Origin: an uncultured Candidatus Saccharibacteria bacterium
GTDB taxonomy: Bacteria > Patescibacteriota > Minisyncoccia > Phycocordibacterales > UBA3531
Reading direction: 5' to 3'
Assembly (NCBI GenBank): GCA_964361405.1
Contig: CAYIAA010000001.1
Location: forward strand, 84,917 to 148,916
Length of the DNA: 64,000 bases
Translations under genes and position numbers: made by a program
The notes under the pieces: model-generated
Told to the model about the DNA's origin: nothing
The model's database searches: none
Seen by the model: the letters and a program-made list of their open reading frames with translations, nothing else
Shown: in pieces, positions 30,100 through 40,331 of the stretch
How the letters are laid out: each line of letters begins with the position of its first letter
Numbering within the stretch: position 1 is the stretch's first letter

Positions 30100-31431
30100 A
30101 TGAGCGCCTATGTTGAGCTAACCGTCGGGAAGCGGGCTCTTATGGTTCTCGATAACGGCAAACGAATTCTCCAAATTGGCGTTGATGCAAAAAAAATGAA
30201 CCGGAGAAAGCTTATTGTGCTTTTCCGGCGCATTATCTCCCTTGGAAATGCACATGGTGTTACGCACCTCGTTGTCCGGCTTGAAGATTTTTTGTTTCCA
30301 AATATTCCTGCATCCTCCGAGGAAGTGGCTCTCCTTATGACGAGCAACTTTGGTACGGCAAATTTTTCTTTTACTCAATATAAGAGTACGACGGATGATC
30401 GAACCCGTATCGAGGACGTAGTGATTCTTACCAAGAAGCCAGATCCTATCCGTTTACCCGTTCGTCGCGGGAGCATAATTTCTGACGAGGTTAATAGGTC
30501 ACGCATTGTGGCGAATACCCCGGGCGGCGAAATGACGCCCAAGGTACTTGCCGCATGGGCTCAATGTCGCGCTCTTGCGACGGGTGTCTCGGTCCAAGTT
30601 TTAGGGCGTGGGGAAATGGAGCACCTCGGTATGGGAGCGCTTCTCGGTGTTGCTCGCGGATCGGTTGAAGAACCGAAATTTATTATTGCAGAGTATCGTA
30701 ATGATGAGGGAGCACCAATCGTTCTTGTAGGGAAAGGAGTGACCTTTGACACCGGCGGGATTAATCTAAAACCCACGAATGCTCTCGCTGACATGCATAT
30801 GGATATGGCGGGGGGCTCCGCGGTTTTGTCTACTGTATTTTTAGCCGCGCGACTAAAAATAAAAAAACACCTGATTGCGCTCGTGCCGGCGGCCGAGAAT
30901 ATGCCGTCTGGTTCAAGCTATCGCCCGGGAGACATCTTGAAGAGTATGTCGGGAAAAACGATTGAGATTTTGAATACCGATGCCGAAGGAAGGGTAATCT
31001 TGGCGGATGCTTTGACATATGCTAAGCGTTATCGCCCGAGCGTTGTGATTGATGTGGCGACCTTGACCGGCGCCGCGATGGTTGCGCTCGGCACTCGAGC
31101 GTCAGCCCTTTTCACTAATGACGAAAAATTGAGAGATATTTTAATGGAAGCAGGGGAGAGTAGCGGGGAGTATCTCTGGCCCTTACCTCTCTGGGAGGAA
31201 TATGAAAGCGATGTCAAAGGTACCTTCGGTGACATTGCAAATACAGGGAAGAGTTCATACGGCGGCGCAATAAACGGCGCACTATTTCTCAAACAATTCA
31301 CGAAAGGGCTTTCACGCTGGGCACATATCGATATTGCGCCTCGGATGACGTCCGTTGAAGGGGACTATTTGGCCAAAGGCGCCACGGGAGTTCCAATCCA
31401 ACTCCTTATCCGGGCAGTCGAGATGCTTTGA
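30100..31431 (+). CDS. pepA: leucyl aminopeptidase (M17 family)
   Basis: VGKGVTFDTGGINLKP and NTDAEGRV M17 metal-site motifs. Start at internal ATG 30100 to avoid a long overlap with the divergent rnr. Confidence 0.85.
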   Translation: MSAYVELTVGKRALMVLDNGKRILQIGVDAKKMNRRKLIVLFRRIISLGNAHGVTHLVVRLEDFLFPNIPASSEEVALLMTSNFGTANFSFTQYKSTTDDRTRIEDVVILTKKPDPIRLPVRRGSIISDEVNRSRIVANTPGGEMTPKVLAAWAQCRALATGVSVQVLGRGEMEHLGMGALLGVARGSVEEPKFIIAEYRNDEGAPIVLVGKGVTFDTGGINLKPTNALADMHMDMAGGSAVLSTVFLAARLKIKKHLIALVPAAENMPSGSSYRPGDILKSMSGKTIEILNTDAEGRVILADALTYAKRYRPSVVIDVATLTGAAMVALGTRASALFTNDEKLRDILMEAGESSGEYLWPLPLWEEYESDVKGTFGDIANTGKSSYGGAINGALFLKQFTKGLSRWAHIDIAPRMTSVEGDYLAKGATGVPIQLLIRAVEML

Positions 31432-31461
31432 TTGACCCCGGGTTTCCATTCGTGATAGTAT
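31432..31461 (+). promoter_or_regulatory. candidate promoter for rpsP operon (TTGACC-18-TGnTAGTAT), near-leaderless
   Basis: -35 TTGACC at 31432-31437 and extended -10 TGATAGTAT at 31453-31461. The start codon lies only about 10 nt downstream of the -10. Confidence 0.35.
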
Positions 31462-31471
31462 CGCTTCACCA

Positions 31472-31855
31472 ATGTTAATGATACGACTCCAAAGAGTTGG
31501 CAGAAAGCATGATCCGACGTTCCGCGTTGTGGTGACGGAGAAGGCGCGTGGTCCGCGGAGTGGCAGGAGTATTGAAGTACTCGGTTTCTATGACGCTCGA
31601 AGTGGAAAGCGAAACGTGAATCCCGAGCGCGTCAAATACTGGCTCGGAGAAGGAGCAAAACTCTCGGCAACCGTCCATAACTTTTTAGTTGATGCGAAAT
31701 TGCTTGATGCGAAGAAAGTGAATGTTCTTCCTAAAACGCGTCCATCACCCGTTACTCCGGCCGAAGAGGTCGTTCGAGTAGCGGATGGAAATAGCACCCC
31801 AGAAACTCCAAAAGAAGAGGAAACAAAAGAAGGCGAACCGGAGCCCGCAATTTAA
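31472..31855 (+). CDS. rpsP: 30S ribosomal protein S16 with acidic/Pro-rich C-terminal extension
   Basis: MLMIRLQRVGRKHDPTFRVVV is the S16 N-terminal signature. Confidence 0.85.
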   Translation: MLMIRLQRVGRKHDPTFRVVVTEKARGPRSGRSIEVLGFYDARSGKRNVNPERVKYWLGEGAKLSATVHNFLVDAKLLDAKKVNVLPKTRPSPVTPAEEVVRVADGNSTPETPKEEETKEGEPEPAI

Positions 31856-32029
31856 GGATGCAGTACCAAAAAGAAGCGCTGTTGAGGGCTCTTTAGGGTT
31901 CGCTCTACTGATTTTTTTACCAACCCTTATTTTCCTTTTTAGGTTCAATGAAGTCTGCCTATCGGCAGACAGGGAAGGTAGGTCGCTCCCCAGCGGGACA
32001 TTAAAAGACCAGAGTACTCAAAGAGAATT

Positions 32030-32311
32030 ATGGCTTCCAAAGAAAGAGATGTTTTATTTCTTGAAAACGTTGTGAAGGATCTTGTTGATTATCCAGAAGA
32101 CGTCAAAGTGATGCGGACAGTGGATGAAATGGGAGTACTCCTCTCGCTTGATGTCCATAGAGATGACATGGGAAAAGTAATTGGGAGGCAGGGTAATATT
32201 GCAAAGGCCATAAGGGTCCTTCTCCGTGTCGTCGGAATGAAAAATAATGCACGGGTGAATTTAAAAATTAACGAGCCTGCCGGCCAGGCAGGCCCGCCGC
32301 TTCTACTGTAA
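32030..32311 (+). CDS. KH-domain RNA-binding protein (YlqC/UPF0109 family)
   Basis: VIGRQGNIAKAIRVLL contains the KH GXXG loop. Conserved position between rpsP and trmD. Confidence 0.75.
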   Translation: MASKERDVLFLENVVKDLVDYPEDVKVMRTVDEMGVLLSLDVHRDDMGKVIGRQGNIAKAIRVLLRVVGMKNNARVNLKINEPAGQAGPPLLL

Positions 32312-32402
32312 ACATGACCAAGTCGGCCGCGGAGAACGTTGAGCAAGCGATGGAAGATTTAAAGATGTGACCAGAGGTTACGCCAGGTTGTTTGATTGAG
32401 TC

Positions 32403-32434
32403 GCGTCGAACCACTTGGACGCGGTTTTCTCTTA
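32403..32434 (+). terminator. terminator/attenuator-like hairpin upstream of trmD
   Basis: cgcgtc-gaaccacttg-gacgcg followed by gttttctctt. Confidence 0.3.
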
Positions 32435-32457
32435 CTGGTAGTGTGTAAGGTACAAAG

Positions 32458-33165
32458 ATGTCAAATAAAGACAATAAAAATAAAAAAAAGCCGCTTCGAT
32501 TCCACGTTATTACTATCTTTCCAGAGGCGCTCACTTCGTATCTTTCGTCATCTATGATGAAGCGGGCTGTTCGTAGCGGTGCTTTGGAAGTGTATTCATA
32601 TAATCCGCGTGATTTTGCGACCGAAACCAGTGAGCGCCCTGATTCGCGTCCTTATGGTGGGGGCCCAGGAATGGTGCTTAAGCCCGGACCGGTGTTGAAA
32701 GCTGTTCAGAAGGCACAGAAAAAAGCGAAAAGGGGAGGAAAAACGCGGATTATTCTTTTTAAACCCTCTGGCAAACCATTCGAAGCTAAAATGGCGCGGA
32801 GTTTTTCACAAAACTACACCGATCTCATTTTAATTGCCGGGCGTTATGAAGGGGTTGATGAACGTGTCCGGCAAATACTTAAGCCGCTTGAGCTTTCCAT
32901 TGGCCCATATATTTTAACCGGAGGAGAACTGCCAGCACTCATAGTGATTGACGCAGTAGCGAGACAACGCGAAGGTGTTCTTGGAAACCCTGAATCTTTG
33001 GAAGAGTTACGTCGAGTCGGGGACAGAGTTTACACGAGGCCATCCTCCTTCTCTTGGGAAGGCAAAACCTACCGCGTGCCCAAGGTACTCATGTCGGGGA
33101 ACCATCGGGACATTGAGTCATATCGAGCAAAGCAAGGCAGGCCGACAGGTAGGTTGACAAGATAA
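32458..33165 (+). CDS. trmD: tRNA (guanine37-N1)-methyltransferase
   Basis: FHVITIFPE start and SPOUT-fold TrmD motifs (GGGPGMVLKP). Confidence 0.85.
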   Translation: MSNKDNKNKKKPLRFHVITIFPEALTSYLSSSMMKRAVRSGALEVYSYNPRDFATETSERPDSRPYGGGPGMVLKPGPVLKAVQKAQKKAKRGGKTRIILFKPSGKPFEAKMARSFSQNYTDLILIAGRYEGVDERVRQILKPLELSIGPYILTGGELPALIVIDAVARQREGVLGNPESLEELRRVGDRVYTRPSSFSWEGKTYRVPKVLMSGNHRDIESYRAKQGRPTGRLTR

Positions 33166-33191
33166 CTTCCTATCGGCTATAGTGAGAGTCC

Positions 33192-33234
33192 TAAAGCCTG
33201 AAACCCTAAAGGCTTGTTTTATACGTTTATTTAT
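33192..33234 (+). terminator. rho-independent terminator after trmD
   Basis: aaagcct-gaaaccctaa-aggcttg followed by ttttatacgtttatttat. Confidence 0.6.
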
Positions 33235-33428
33235 CAGGGTTTTTCATAGCTAAAGAGAGCCTCGGAAAGTCCGAGGCAAAAAAGAGGCGTGCACCCCAAA
33301 AGGGAACGGCTGTGGATATCTTGCGTTCTCTTTTCTAACTCTCCCAGACCTTTCCGTGGCAAAACCCTTCTTACAAGATAACAGCGCTCCCGTGAAATAG
33401 GTATTACCCGTTACCTCATATCTCGCCC

Positions 33429-36400
33429 ATGCCTCGAGAGCAGAAAACATTCAAAAAATATCGTACACCACTTGCGCCTCTGCCGAACCTTGTATCGGTT
33501 CAGCTCGAGTCGTACCGCTCCCTTCTCAAATCGGGGCTCCGGGAGATTTTTGACGAATTTTCTCCGATTAAAGATTATTCGGAGGGTAAATTTGAACTCA
33601 CGTTCGGCGATCTTAAAATCGAAGAGCCTCGCTACAACGAACACTACGCGAAAGCAAATAATCTTTCCTACGACGCACCACTCAAAGTGAATGTGGTGCT
33701 TAAGAACCTTACTTTAAGGGAGGAAAAAAAGCAGGAAATTTTCATGGCGGATTTTCCGCTCATGACGGAGCATGGCACGTTCATCATTAACGGCGTCGAA
33801 AAAGTGGTTGTTCCACAGCTTGCGCGATCATTCGGCGTTTTCTTTACCGCACATGAACACAAAGGAAAAGTGCTCTTTGGCGCAAAGATAATTCCCGCTC
33901 GTGGGGCGTGGATTGAAATCGAAACCGACCCCGATGAAAGTATCTACGCGCGTATTGATCGAAAGAGAAAGTTCCCGGTGACAGCACTCCTTCGAGCACT
34001 GACGACCCCGGAGGGCGCAACGGACGAAGCAATCGCGGAGCAGTTTCGTGATGTCTCCCCGGATGCTCCTTACATCGAGCACACGCTCAAGAAAGATCAC
34101 GCAAAATCAAAAGAGGACGCGTATCTGGAAATTTACCGCAAGCTTCGCGACAGTGAGCTCATAACCGCAACGAATGCCCGAACCTACATCACCGATCTTC
34201 TTTCGACGGCGAAATACGACCTCTCTCTTGTTGGTCGATATCGTTTTAATACGCGTTTTGGAAAGGGAACTGGCGAAGAAGATTTCGAACGGCGCACCCT
34301 CTCTTTTGACGACCTCGTTACGACGATTAAACACATTATCTCGCTCAATCGAACTCCAGGAGCAGAGGCCGATGATATTGACCACATGGGACTCCGGAGA
34401 ATCCGCGCCGTCGGAGAGATGCTTCAGGCAAGAGTTCGCGTAGGATTGGCACAATTGAAGCGCAATATTCAAGATAAGATGTCTACGGTGGATACTTCTA
34501 CGACAATGCCAATTCTCATTGTCTCACCGAGACCACTCCAGGCGCGGCTGAAGGAATTTTTCAACACGAACCAGCTCTCGCAGTTCATGTCGCAGGAGAA
34601 TGTGCTCTCCGAGCTTGAGCACTTGCGCCGTCTTTCGGCGCTCGGCCCCGGGGGACTCACGCGGGAGCGCGCGGGGCTTGAGGTTCGCGACGTGCACCCC
34701 TCCCACTACGCCCGTCTGTGTCCCATCCAAACTCCGGAAGGACCAAACATCGGACTCATTCTTTCGCTCGCATCTTACGCGCGACTCAATGAATTTGGAA
34801 TCGTCGAAGCGCCGTACCGAAAAGTTTTGAACGGAAAAATCACGGATGAACTCGTGTATCTAAACGCACTCGAGGAGGAGAATTATAAAATCGCGCATGC
34901 AAGCATTTCTTACGACGAATCCGGAAAAATCCTTGCCGAGAACGTGGAAGTTCGCTTTAAAGGGAAGCCCAACTTTTTCAAGCGAGATGAAGTTGAATAT
35001 ATCGATGTCGCGGCGAATCAAGCATTCTCGATAGCAACGTCTATGATTCCGTTTCTTGAACATGACGATGCAAACCGGGCGCTCATGGGTTCGAATATGC
35101 AAAAGCAGGCGACGCCATGCGTTATCCCGGAGGCCCCTCTCGTGGCGACCGGCGTTGAAGGACGCGCAGTGCTTGATACTGGACGCGTTATTATGGCGCG
35201 CAATGCCGGCAAGGTGACGAGCGTAGACGCGCGAAAAATTACGGTAACTGGGGCGAATGGAGTCGATGAATATACACTTCTCTCAATGGTAAAGACGAAC
35301 CAGTTTACGGTAATTCAACACCGTGCCGTTGTATCTCTTGGGGCTAGCGTCAAGCGCGGAGATCTTCTTGCCGATGGGTCATCGACCGACCAAGGGCAGA
35401 TCGCCCTTGGTCAAAACGTATTTGTCGCTTTCATGTCTTGGGGAGGCGCGAACTACGAAGACGCCATTATTCTCTCCGACCGACTCGTGAAGGAGAGCAA
35501 GTTCACCAGTATTCACATCGAGGAATTTACATCGAATGTCCGGGATACAAAATTGGGACCTGAAGTAACGACGCACGACATTCCGAATGTTGGCGAAGCA
35601 AAATTAAAAGATTTGGATGAGGACGGTATCGTTCGTGTCGGTGCCGAGGTAGGGCCGGGTGATATTTTGGTTGGGAAAATTACACCGAAAGGCGAGACAG
35701 AACTTACCGCAGAGGAGCGTCTTCTCCGGTCAATTTTCGGAGAGAAAGCGCGTGATGTGAAAGATACGTCGATGCGCATGGAGCACGGGAAAAGCGGCAG
35801 GGTGGTTGGGGTTAAGATATTTTCCCGTGAGCACGGAGATAAGCTGGAATCCGGAATCATTAAGACCATCGAAGTCGAAGTTGCCCAACTCCGGAATGTT
35901 TCCGTAGGAGACAAACTTGCCGGTAGACACGGCAATAAGGGGGTTATTTCGAGAGTGCTTCCGATCGAAGACATGCCGTATATGGCCGACGGTACCCCTG
36001 TTGACGTTATCTTGACTCCGCTTGGCGTTCCTTCCCGCATGAACCTGGGTCAAATTCTTGAGATGCACTTAGGACTTGCCGCGCACGCCCTTAATTATCA
36101 AGCCATAACGCCGCCCTTCCAAGGGGCCACGGAGGATGAAATTCGCGGGGAACTCGAGCGAGCCGGATTTCCAAGAAGCGGCAAGGTGAAGCTCTATGAT
36201 GGACAGACCGGTGAGGCATTTGAGCAGGACATTGCTATCGGCTACATGTACGTAATGAAGTTGCACCACATGGTTGAAGACAAAATTCACATGCGTTCTA
36301 TTGGTCCTTATTCGCTTATCACTCAGCAACCCTTGGGAGGCAAGGCCCAAGGAGGAGGACAACGTTTCGGAGAAATGGAAGTGTGGGCACTCGAAGGTTA

Positions 36401-36590
36401 CGGCGCGGCGTATACGCTCCGTGAAATGCTTACGATCAAATCAGACGACATTAACGGACGTGCCGCGGCCTTTGACTCAATAGTGAAAGGAGAGCCACTT
36501 CGTCCGCCGGGTCTTCCAGCCTCGTTCAATGTTCTCATGTATGAATTGAAGGGTCTCGGACTTGATGTCGAACAAAAGCGGGGAGATTAA
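33429..36590 (+). CDS. rpoB: DNA-directed RNA polymerase beta subunit
   Basis: Full-length RpoB homology throughout (1053 aa). Confidence 0.95.
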   Translation: MPREQKTFKKYRTPLAPLPNLVSVQLESYRSLLKSGLREIFDEFSPIKDYSEGKFELTFGDLKIEEPRYNEHYAKANNLSYDAPLKVNVVLKNLTLREEKKQEIFMADFPLMTEHGTFIINGVEKVVVPQLARSFGVFFTAHEHKGKVLFGAKIIPARGAWIEIETDPDESIYARIDRKRKFPVTALLRALTTPEGATDEAIAEQFRDVSPDAPYIEHTLKKDHAKSKEDAYLEIYRKLRDSELITATNARTYITDLLSTAKYDLSLVGRYRFNTRFGKGTGEEDFERRTLSFDDLVTTIKHIISLNRTPGAEADDIDHMGLRRIRAVGEMLQARVRVGLAQLKRNIQDKMSTVDTSTTMPILIVSPRPLQARLKEFFNTNQLSQFMSQENVLSELEHLRRLSALGPGGLTRERAGLEVRDVHPSHYARLCPIQTPEGPNIGLILSLASYARLNEFGIVEAPYRKVLNGKITDELVYLNALEEENYKIAHASISYDESGKILAENVEVRFKGKPNFFKRDEVEYIDVAANQAFSIATSMIPFLEHDDANRALMGSNMQKQATPCVIPEAPLVATGVEGRAVLDTGRVIMARNAGKVTSVDARKITVTGANGVDEYTLLSMVKTNQFTVIQHRAVVSLGASVKRGDLLADGSSTDQGQIALGQNVFVAFMSWGGANYEDAIILSDRLVKESKFTSIHIEEFTSNVRDTKLGPEVTTHDIPNVGEAKLKDLDEDGIVRVGAEVGPGDILVGKITPKGETELTAEERLLRSIFGEKARDVKDTSMRMEHGKSGRVVGVKIFSREHGDKLESGIIKTIEVEVAQLRNVSVGDKLAGRHGNKGVISRVLPIEDMPYMADGTPVDVILTPLGVPSRMNLGQILEMHLGLAAHALNYQAITPPFQGATEDEIRGELERAGFPRSGKVKLYDGQTGEAFEQDIAIGYMYVMKLHHMVEDKIHMRSIGPYSLITQQPLGGKAQGGGQRFGEMEVWALEGYGAAYTLREMLTIKSDDINGRAAAFDSIVKGEPLRPPGLPASFNVLMYELKGLGLDVEQKRGD

Positions 36591-36602
36591 AAGTATAGTG
36601 CA

Positions 36603-39600
36603 ATGAGAAATACAAAGACCGTTGAAGAGGTGCCAGTACAAATCGTGAAACGCCGAGAGCAGTCCGATTTCGGCGCGATTTCACTCAAACTTGCATCCCC
36701 AGAGAAAATCCGCGAGTGGTCTTTTGGCGAAGTAACGAAGCCGGAAACCATCAACTACCGCACCCAGCGTTCCGAGCGAGGGGGACTTTTTGATGAGAGA
36801 ATTTTCGGCCCGGAGAAAGATTACGAATGTTATTGTGGAAAATATCGTCGTATCCGTTACAAAAATATCGTCTGCGAGAAATGCGGTGTTGAGGTGACGA
36901 GAAGCATCGTGCGTCGCGAGCGAATGGGGCATATCGAGCTTGCGAGCCCGGTTGCGCACATCTGGTTTTTGCGCGGTATTCCTTCTCGAATTGGCATGCT
37001 TTTAAACGTTTCCCTCACCGATCTTGAGAAAGTCATTTATTTTGCGGGGCATATTGTGATGAGCGTGAATGAAGGAGAGCGGGCTCGTATGCTGGAAGAA
37101 CTCGATCGGGAGTACAAATCAAAAATAAAATCGATTAAGACCGCGGAAGACAAAGAACGTATCAAAGACCAACTCTCGCAGGTAAAGAAAGAAATTGAAG
37201 GGATTCGGGTTGGTCTTGTTTTGGATGAAGCGAATTATCACCACTATGTTCTTAAATATGGAAGTGTTTTCGAGGCGGGCATCGGCGCTGAAGCACTCTC
37301 AAATCTTTCGAAGCGTCTTAACTTTGAAGAATTAAAGGTTGAGCTCGCTCAAACACTCGAAACTGCGAGTTCAACCGAAAAACCGAAAGTGAGACGACGT
37401 CTCAATCTCATAAAGACAATGCTCCGCGCGGGAGTGAAACCGGAATGGATGTTTCTCTCGGTAATCCCGGTAATTCCCCCGGCCTTGCGCCCTATGGTGC
37501 CGCTCGACGGAGGGAGGCATGCAACCTCCGACATTAACGATCTTTACCGACGCGTCATTAATAGGAACAACCGTCTCAAGAAACTTATCTTACTCCATGC
37601 TCCGGATGTTATTTTGCGCAATGAAAAAAGAATTCTTCAGGAAGCCGTGGACGCCCTCATCGACAATTCTATTCGCCGTGGGTCGGAAGGTGCCATGAAT
37701 CAAAGCCAGCGCAGACCACTCAAATCTATTGCCGATATGTTGAAAGGAAAGCAGGGTCGCTTCAGGCAGAACCTTCTCGGGAAACGGGTGGATTATTCCG
37801 GGCGTAGCGTTATCGTTGTCGGCCCCGATCTCCGGCTTGATCAGTGTGGTCTGCCTAAGCATATGGCGCTCGAACTATTCAAACCATTCGTCATCTCGAA
37901 ACTCCTCGAGCGTGAGCTCGCATTCAATATTCGCGGAGCCAATCGCTTGATTGACGAAGGCATTCCGGATGTATGGGTGATTCTCGAGAAAGTCATTAAG
38001 GATAAATATGTTCTCTTAAATCGAGCTCCCACACTCCACCGTCTTGGTATCCAGGCATTCAAGCCGATTTTGATTGAAGGAAATGCAATCCAAATTCATC
38101 CGCTTGTCTGTACTGCGTTTAATGCCGACTTTGACGGAGACCAGATGGCGGTGCATGTTCCGCTCTCCTATGAGGCACAGAGGGAAGCGAAAATACTCCT
38201 CGCGGCAAACACGAACTTGCTGAAACCCGGAAACGGCGATCCGATTGTGAATCCGAAACTCGATATGGTGCTCGGTTGCTATTGGATGACCAAGGTTGTC
38301 GCTCTCGAGAAAGGGGAGGGGAAATACTTCCAAAGCCCGAACTCTGCAATCAATGCCTATGATTTTGGACATGTCGGTTTTCGCGCACTTATTAAAGTCA
38401 TGGGGACCGACAAGCCAAAATACGCGGAGTTCGGTGGTGGTGTTTTTGAGACATCTGTAGGAAGGATTCTTTTCAACAGCATTCTTCCCGAAGATTTTCC
38501 GTACATCAATTCCCCGGTCACGATGAAAGAAATCACTGGAATCATTGAAAGGCTCATCATCCGCTATGGAATCGGGAACATTACCAGCGTTCTCGATAAG
38601 ATAAAAGATTTCGGATTCCGTTACGCCATGCGTAGCGGCGTTACCTGGGGAATAGACGATTTGCCCGTAATCCCCGAGAAACCGGCGATTATAGAGGTGG
38701 CAGCGGCAAAGGTGCGCGACATCGAAGGAAATTTCGAGAACGGTCTTCTTTCGGAAGATGAACGCTACCGTATGGTAATCGAAGTATGGAGTGCCGCTAA
38801 AAACGAAATCGAGGAACTCATCCCCGGAGCGCTTAACCCGAACGGCTCGGTGCACGACCTTTTGATATCGAAGGCGCGGGGATCAATCACGAACTTAAGT
38901 CAGATGACTGGAATGAAAGGGTTGATTCAAAATACCGCGTCACAGACCATTGATTTCCCCATCATTCCTTCATACCGCGAAGGTCTCTCTCCACTTGAGT
39001 ACTTTATAACGACACACGGTTCGCGAAAGGGCCTTGCTGACACCGCTCTTCAAACCGCAAAAGCTGGCTATCTGACGCGTAAGATGGTTGATGTTGCACA
39101 GGACGTCATTGTTTTACTTGAGGATTGCGGCGACCGGGAAGGACGGCTCTATTCGAAGGACGATATTTCTGGTTTTGATGTCGGTATTGCAAGCAATGTG
39201 AACGGGAGGGTTCTCGCAAAGTCAGTCGCGGATGAGAAAGGAAAGACGATTTTCCCGCGAGGGCATTTGCTCTCGAAGCGCGACGCGGAGGAACTTGAAT
39301 CACTCGGCGTTACGGAGGTTCACGTGCGATCTCCAATTACTTGTAGAGCGGAAAGAGGTGTGTGTCGGCGTTGTTATGGGCTCGACTTGGGGAGAAATAA
39401 GTTGGTTGAAATCGGCGAAGCTGTCGGTATTATCGCCGCTCAAGCTATCGGCGAACCCGGAACACAGCTCACGATGCGGACATTTCATACCGGCGGCGTC
39501 GCTTCAGCGAGCGGAGATATCACCATGGGGTTGCCGCGTGTTGAAGAAATTTTTGAAGCGCGTACTCCGAAGTATGGAGCATTGATTGCGCTTGAGGCTG

Positions 39601-40310
39601 GTGTAGTGATCGAAATCAAAACCGAGGGATTGGACAAGATTCTTATCGTTGCGGAGCTAGAGGGGAAAGGTAAGAAGAAAAAAGATGCAATTGCCGAATA
39701 TCGTTGTTTATATCCCCGAGCCCTCTATCCGAAGGTGGGAGCGGAAATCAAGAAGGGAGATGTTCTTTCGGACGGTCCAGTCGATTTGGAAGATCTTTTC
39801 GAGCTCGGCGGGAGACGTAAGACGGAAAACTATATCTTAAACGAAGTGAGCGAAATTTATGAACTTTTCGGCGCTTCGATAGCGCGTAAACATATTGAGG
39901 TAATCATTAAAAAAATGTTTTCGCGTTTCAAAGTTACCGATGCCGGGGAAACGAAGTTCGTTGAGGGTGAAATTGTCGATCTCGAAGTTTTATCAGAGGA
40001 AAATGACATTACCACTCGTGCTGGCGGATCTCCGGCAAAGGCCGAAATCGTCCTTCGCGGCATTTCCGATGTCGCACTTTCGACGACAAGCTTCCTTTCT
40101 TCTGCATCATTCCAGAACACGACTAAGGTATTGATTGAGAGCGCTGTCAGCGGGAAAATCGACCGACTGAAGGGTCTTAAGGAAAACGTTATCGTCGGGC
40201 GTCTGATACCCGCAGGCACAGGACTCCGAAGAAGCTATTTCGGCGTTCTCGAAGACGAAGTCGTTTTGCCTATTGAAACAAACCTTCCAGAAAAGAAAGA
40301 AGAATCGTAA
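36603..40310 (+). CDS. rpoC: DNA-directed RNA polymerase beta' subunit
   Basis: Zinc-binding CYCGKY...C..CGV and NADFDGD catalytic motif. Confidence 0.95.
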   Translation: MRNTKTVEEVPVQIVKRREQSDFGAISLKLASPEKIREWSFGEVTKPETINYRTQRSERGGLFDERIFGPEKDYECYCGKYRRIRYKNIVCEKCGVEVTRSIVRRERMGHIELASPVAHIWFLRGIPSRIGMLLNVSLTDLEKVIYFAGHIVMSVNEGERARMLEELDREYKSKIKSIKTAEDKERIKDQLSQVKKEIEGIRVGLVLDEANYHHYVLKYGSVFEAGIGAEALSNLSKRLNFEELKVELAQTLETASSTEKPKVRRRLNLIKTMLRAGVKPEWMFLSVIPVIPPALRPMVPLDGGRHATSDINDLYRRVINRNNRLKKLILLHAPDVILRNEKRILQEAVDALIDNSIRRGSEGAMNQSQRRPLKSIADMLKGKQGRFRQNLLGKRVDYSGRSVIVVGPDLRLDQCGLPKHMALELFKPFVISKLLERELAFNIRGANRLIDEGIPDVWVILEKVIKDKYVLLNRAPTLHRLGIQAFKPILIEGNAIQIHPLVCTAFNADFDGDQMAVHVPLSYEAQREAKILLAANTNLLKPGNGDPIVNPKLDMVLGCYWMTKVVALEKGEGKYFQSPNSAINAYDFGHVGFRALIKVMGTDKPKYAEFGGGVFETSVGRILFNSILPEDFPYINSPVTMKEITGIIERLIIRYGIGNITSVLDKIKDFGFRYAMRSGVTWGIDDLPVIPEKPAIIEVAAAKVRDIEGNFENGLLSEDERYRMVIEVWSAAKNEIEELIPGALNPNGSVHDLLISKARGSITNLSQMTGMKGLIQNTASQTIDFPIIPSYREGLSPLEYFITTHGSRKGLADTALQTAKAGYLTRKMVDVAQDVIVLLEDCGDREGRLYSKDDISGFDVGIASNVNGRVLAKSVADEKGKTIFPRGHLLSKRDAEELESLGVTEVHVRSPITCRAERGVCRRCYGLDLGRNKLVEIGEAVGIIAAQAIGEPGTQLTMRTFHTGGVASASGDITMGLPRVEEIFEARTPKYGALIALEAGVVIEIKTEGLDKILIVAELEGKGKKKKDAIAEYRCLYPRALYPKVGAEIKKGDVLSDGPVDLEDLFELGGRRKTENYILNEVSEIYELFGASIARKHIEVIIKKMFSRFKVTDAGETKFVEGEIVDLEVLSEENDITTRAGGSPAKAEIVLRGISDVALSTTSFLSSASFQNTTKVLIESAVSGKIDRLKGLKENVIVGRLIPAGTGLRRSYFGVLEDEVVLPIETNLPEKKEES

Positions 40311-40331
40311 GAGGATTACCCACCCGCACCC

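Noticed and set aside
29949-30101. 51-aa N-terminal extension of rnr and the overlapping 17-aa extension of pepA
   Set aside because: Extensions overlap each other on opposite strands and lack homology. Internal starts give a clean 150-bp divergent intergenic region.
33240-33320. Hairpin gcctcgg-aaagt-ccgaggc upstream of rpoB as a terminator
   Set aside because: Followed by an A-run rather than a T-run on the plus strand and not positioned after a minus-strand gene. More likely part of the rpoB leader.
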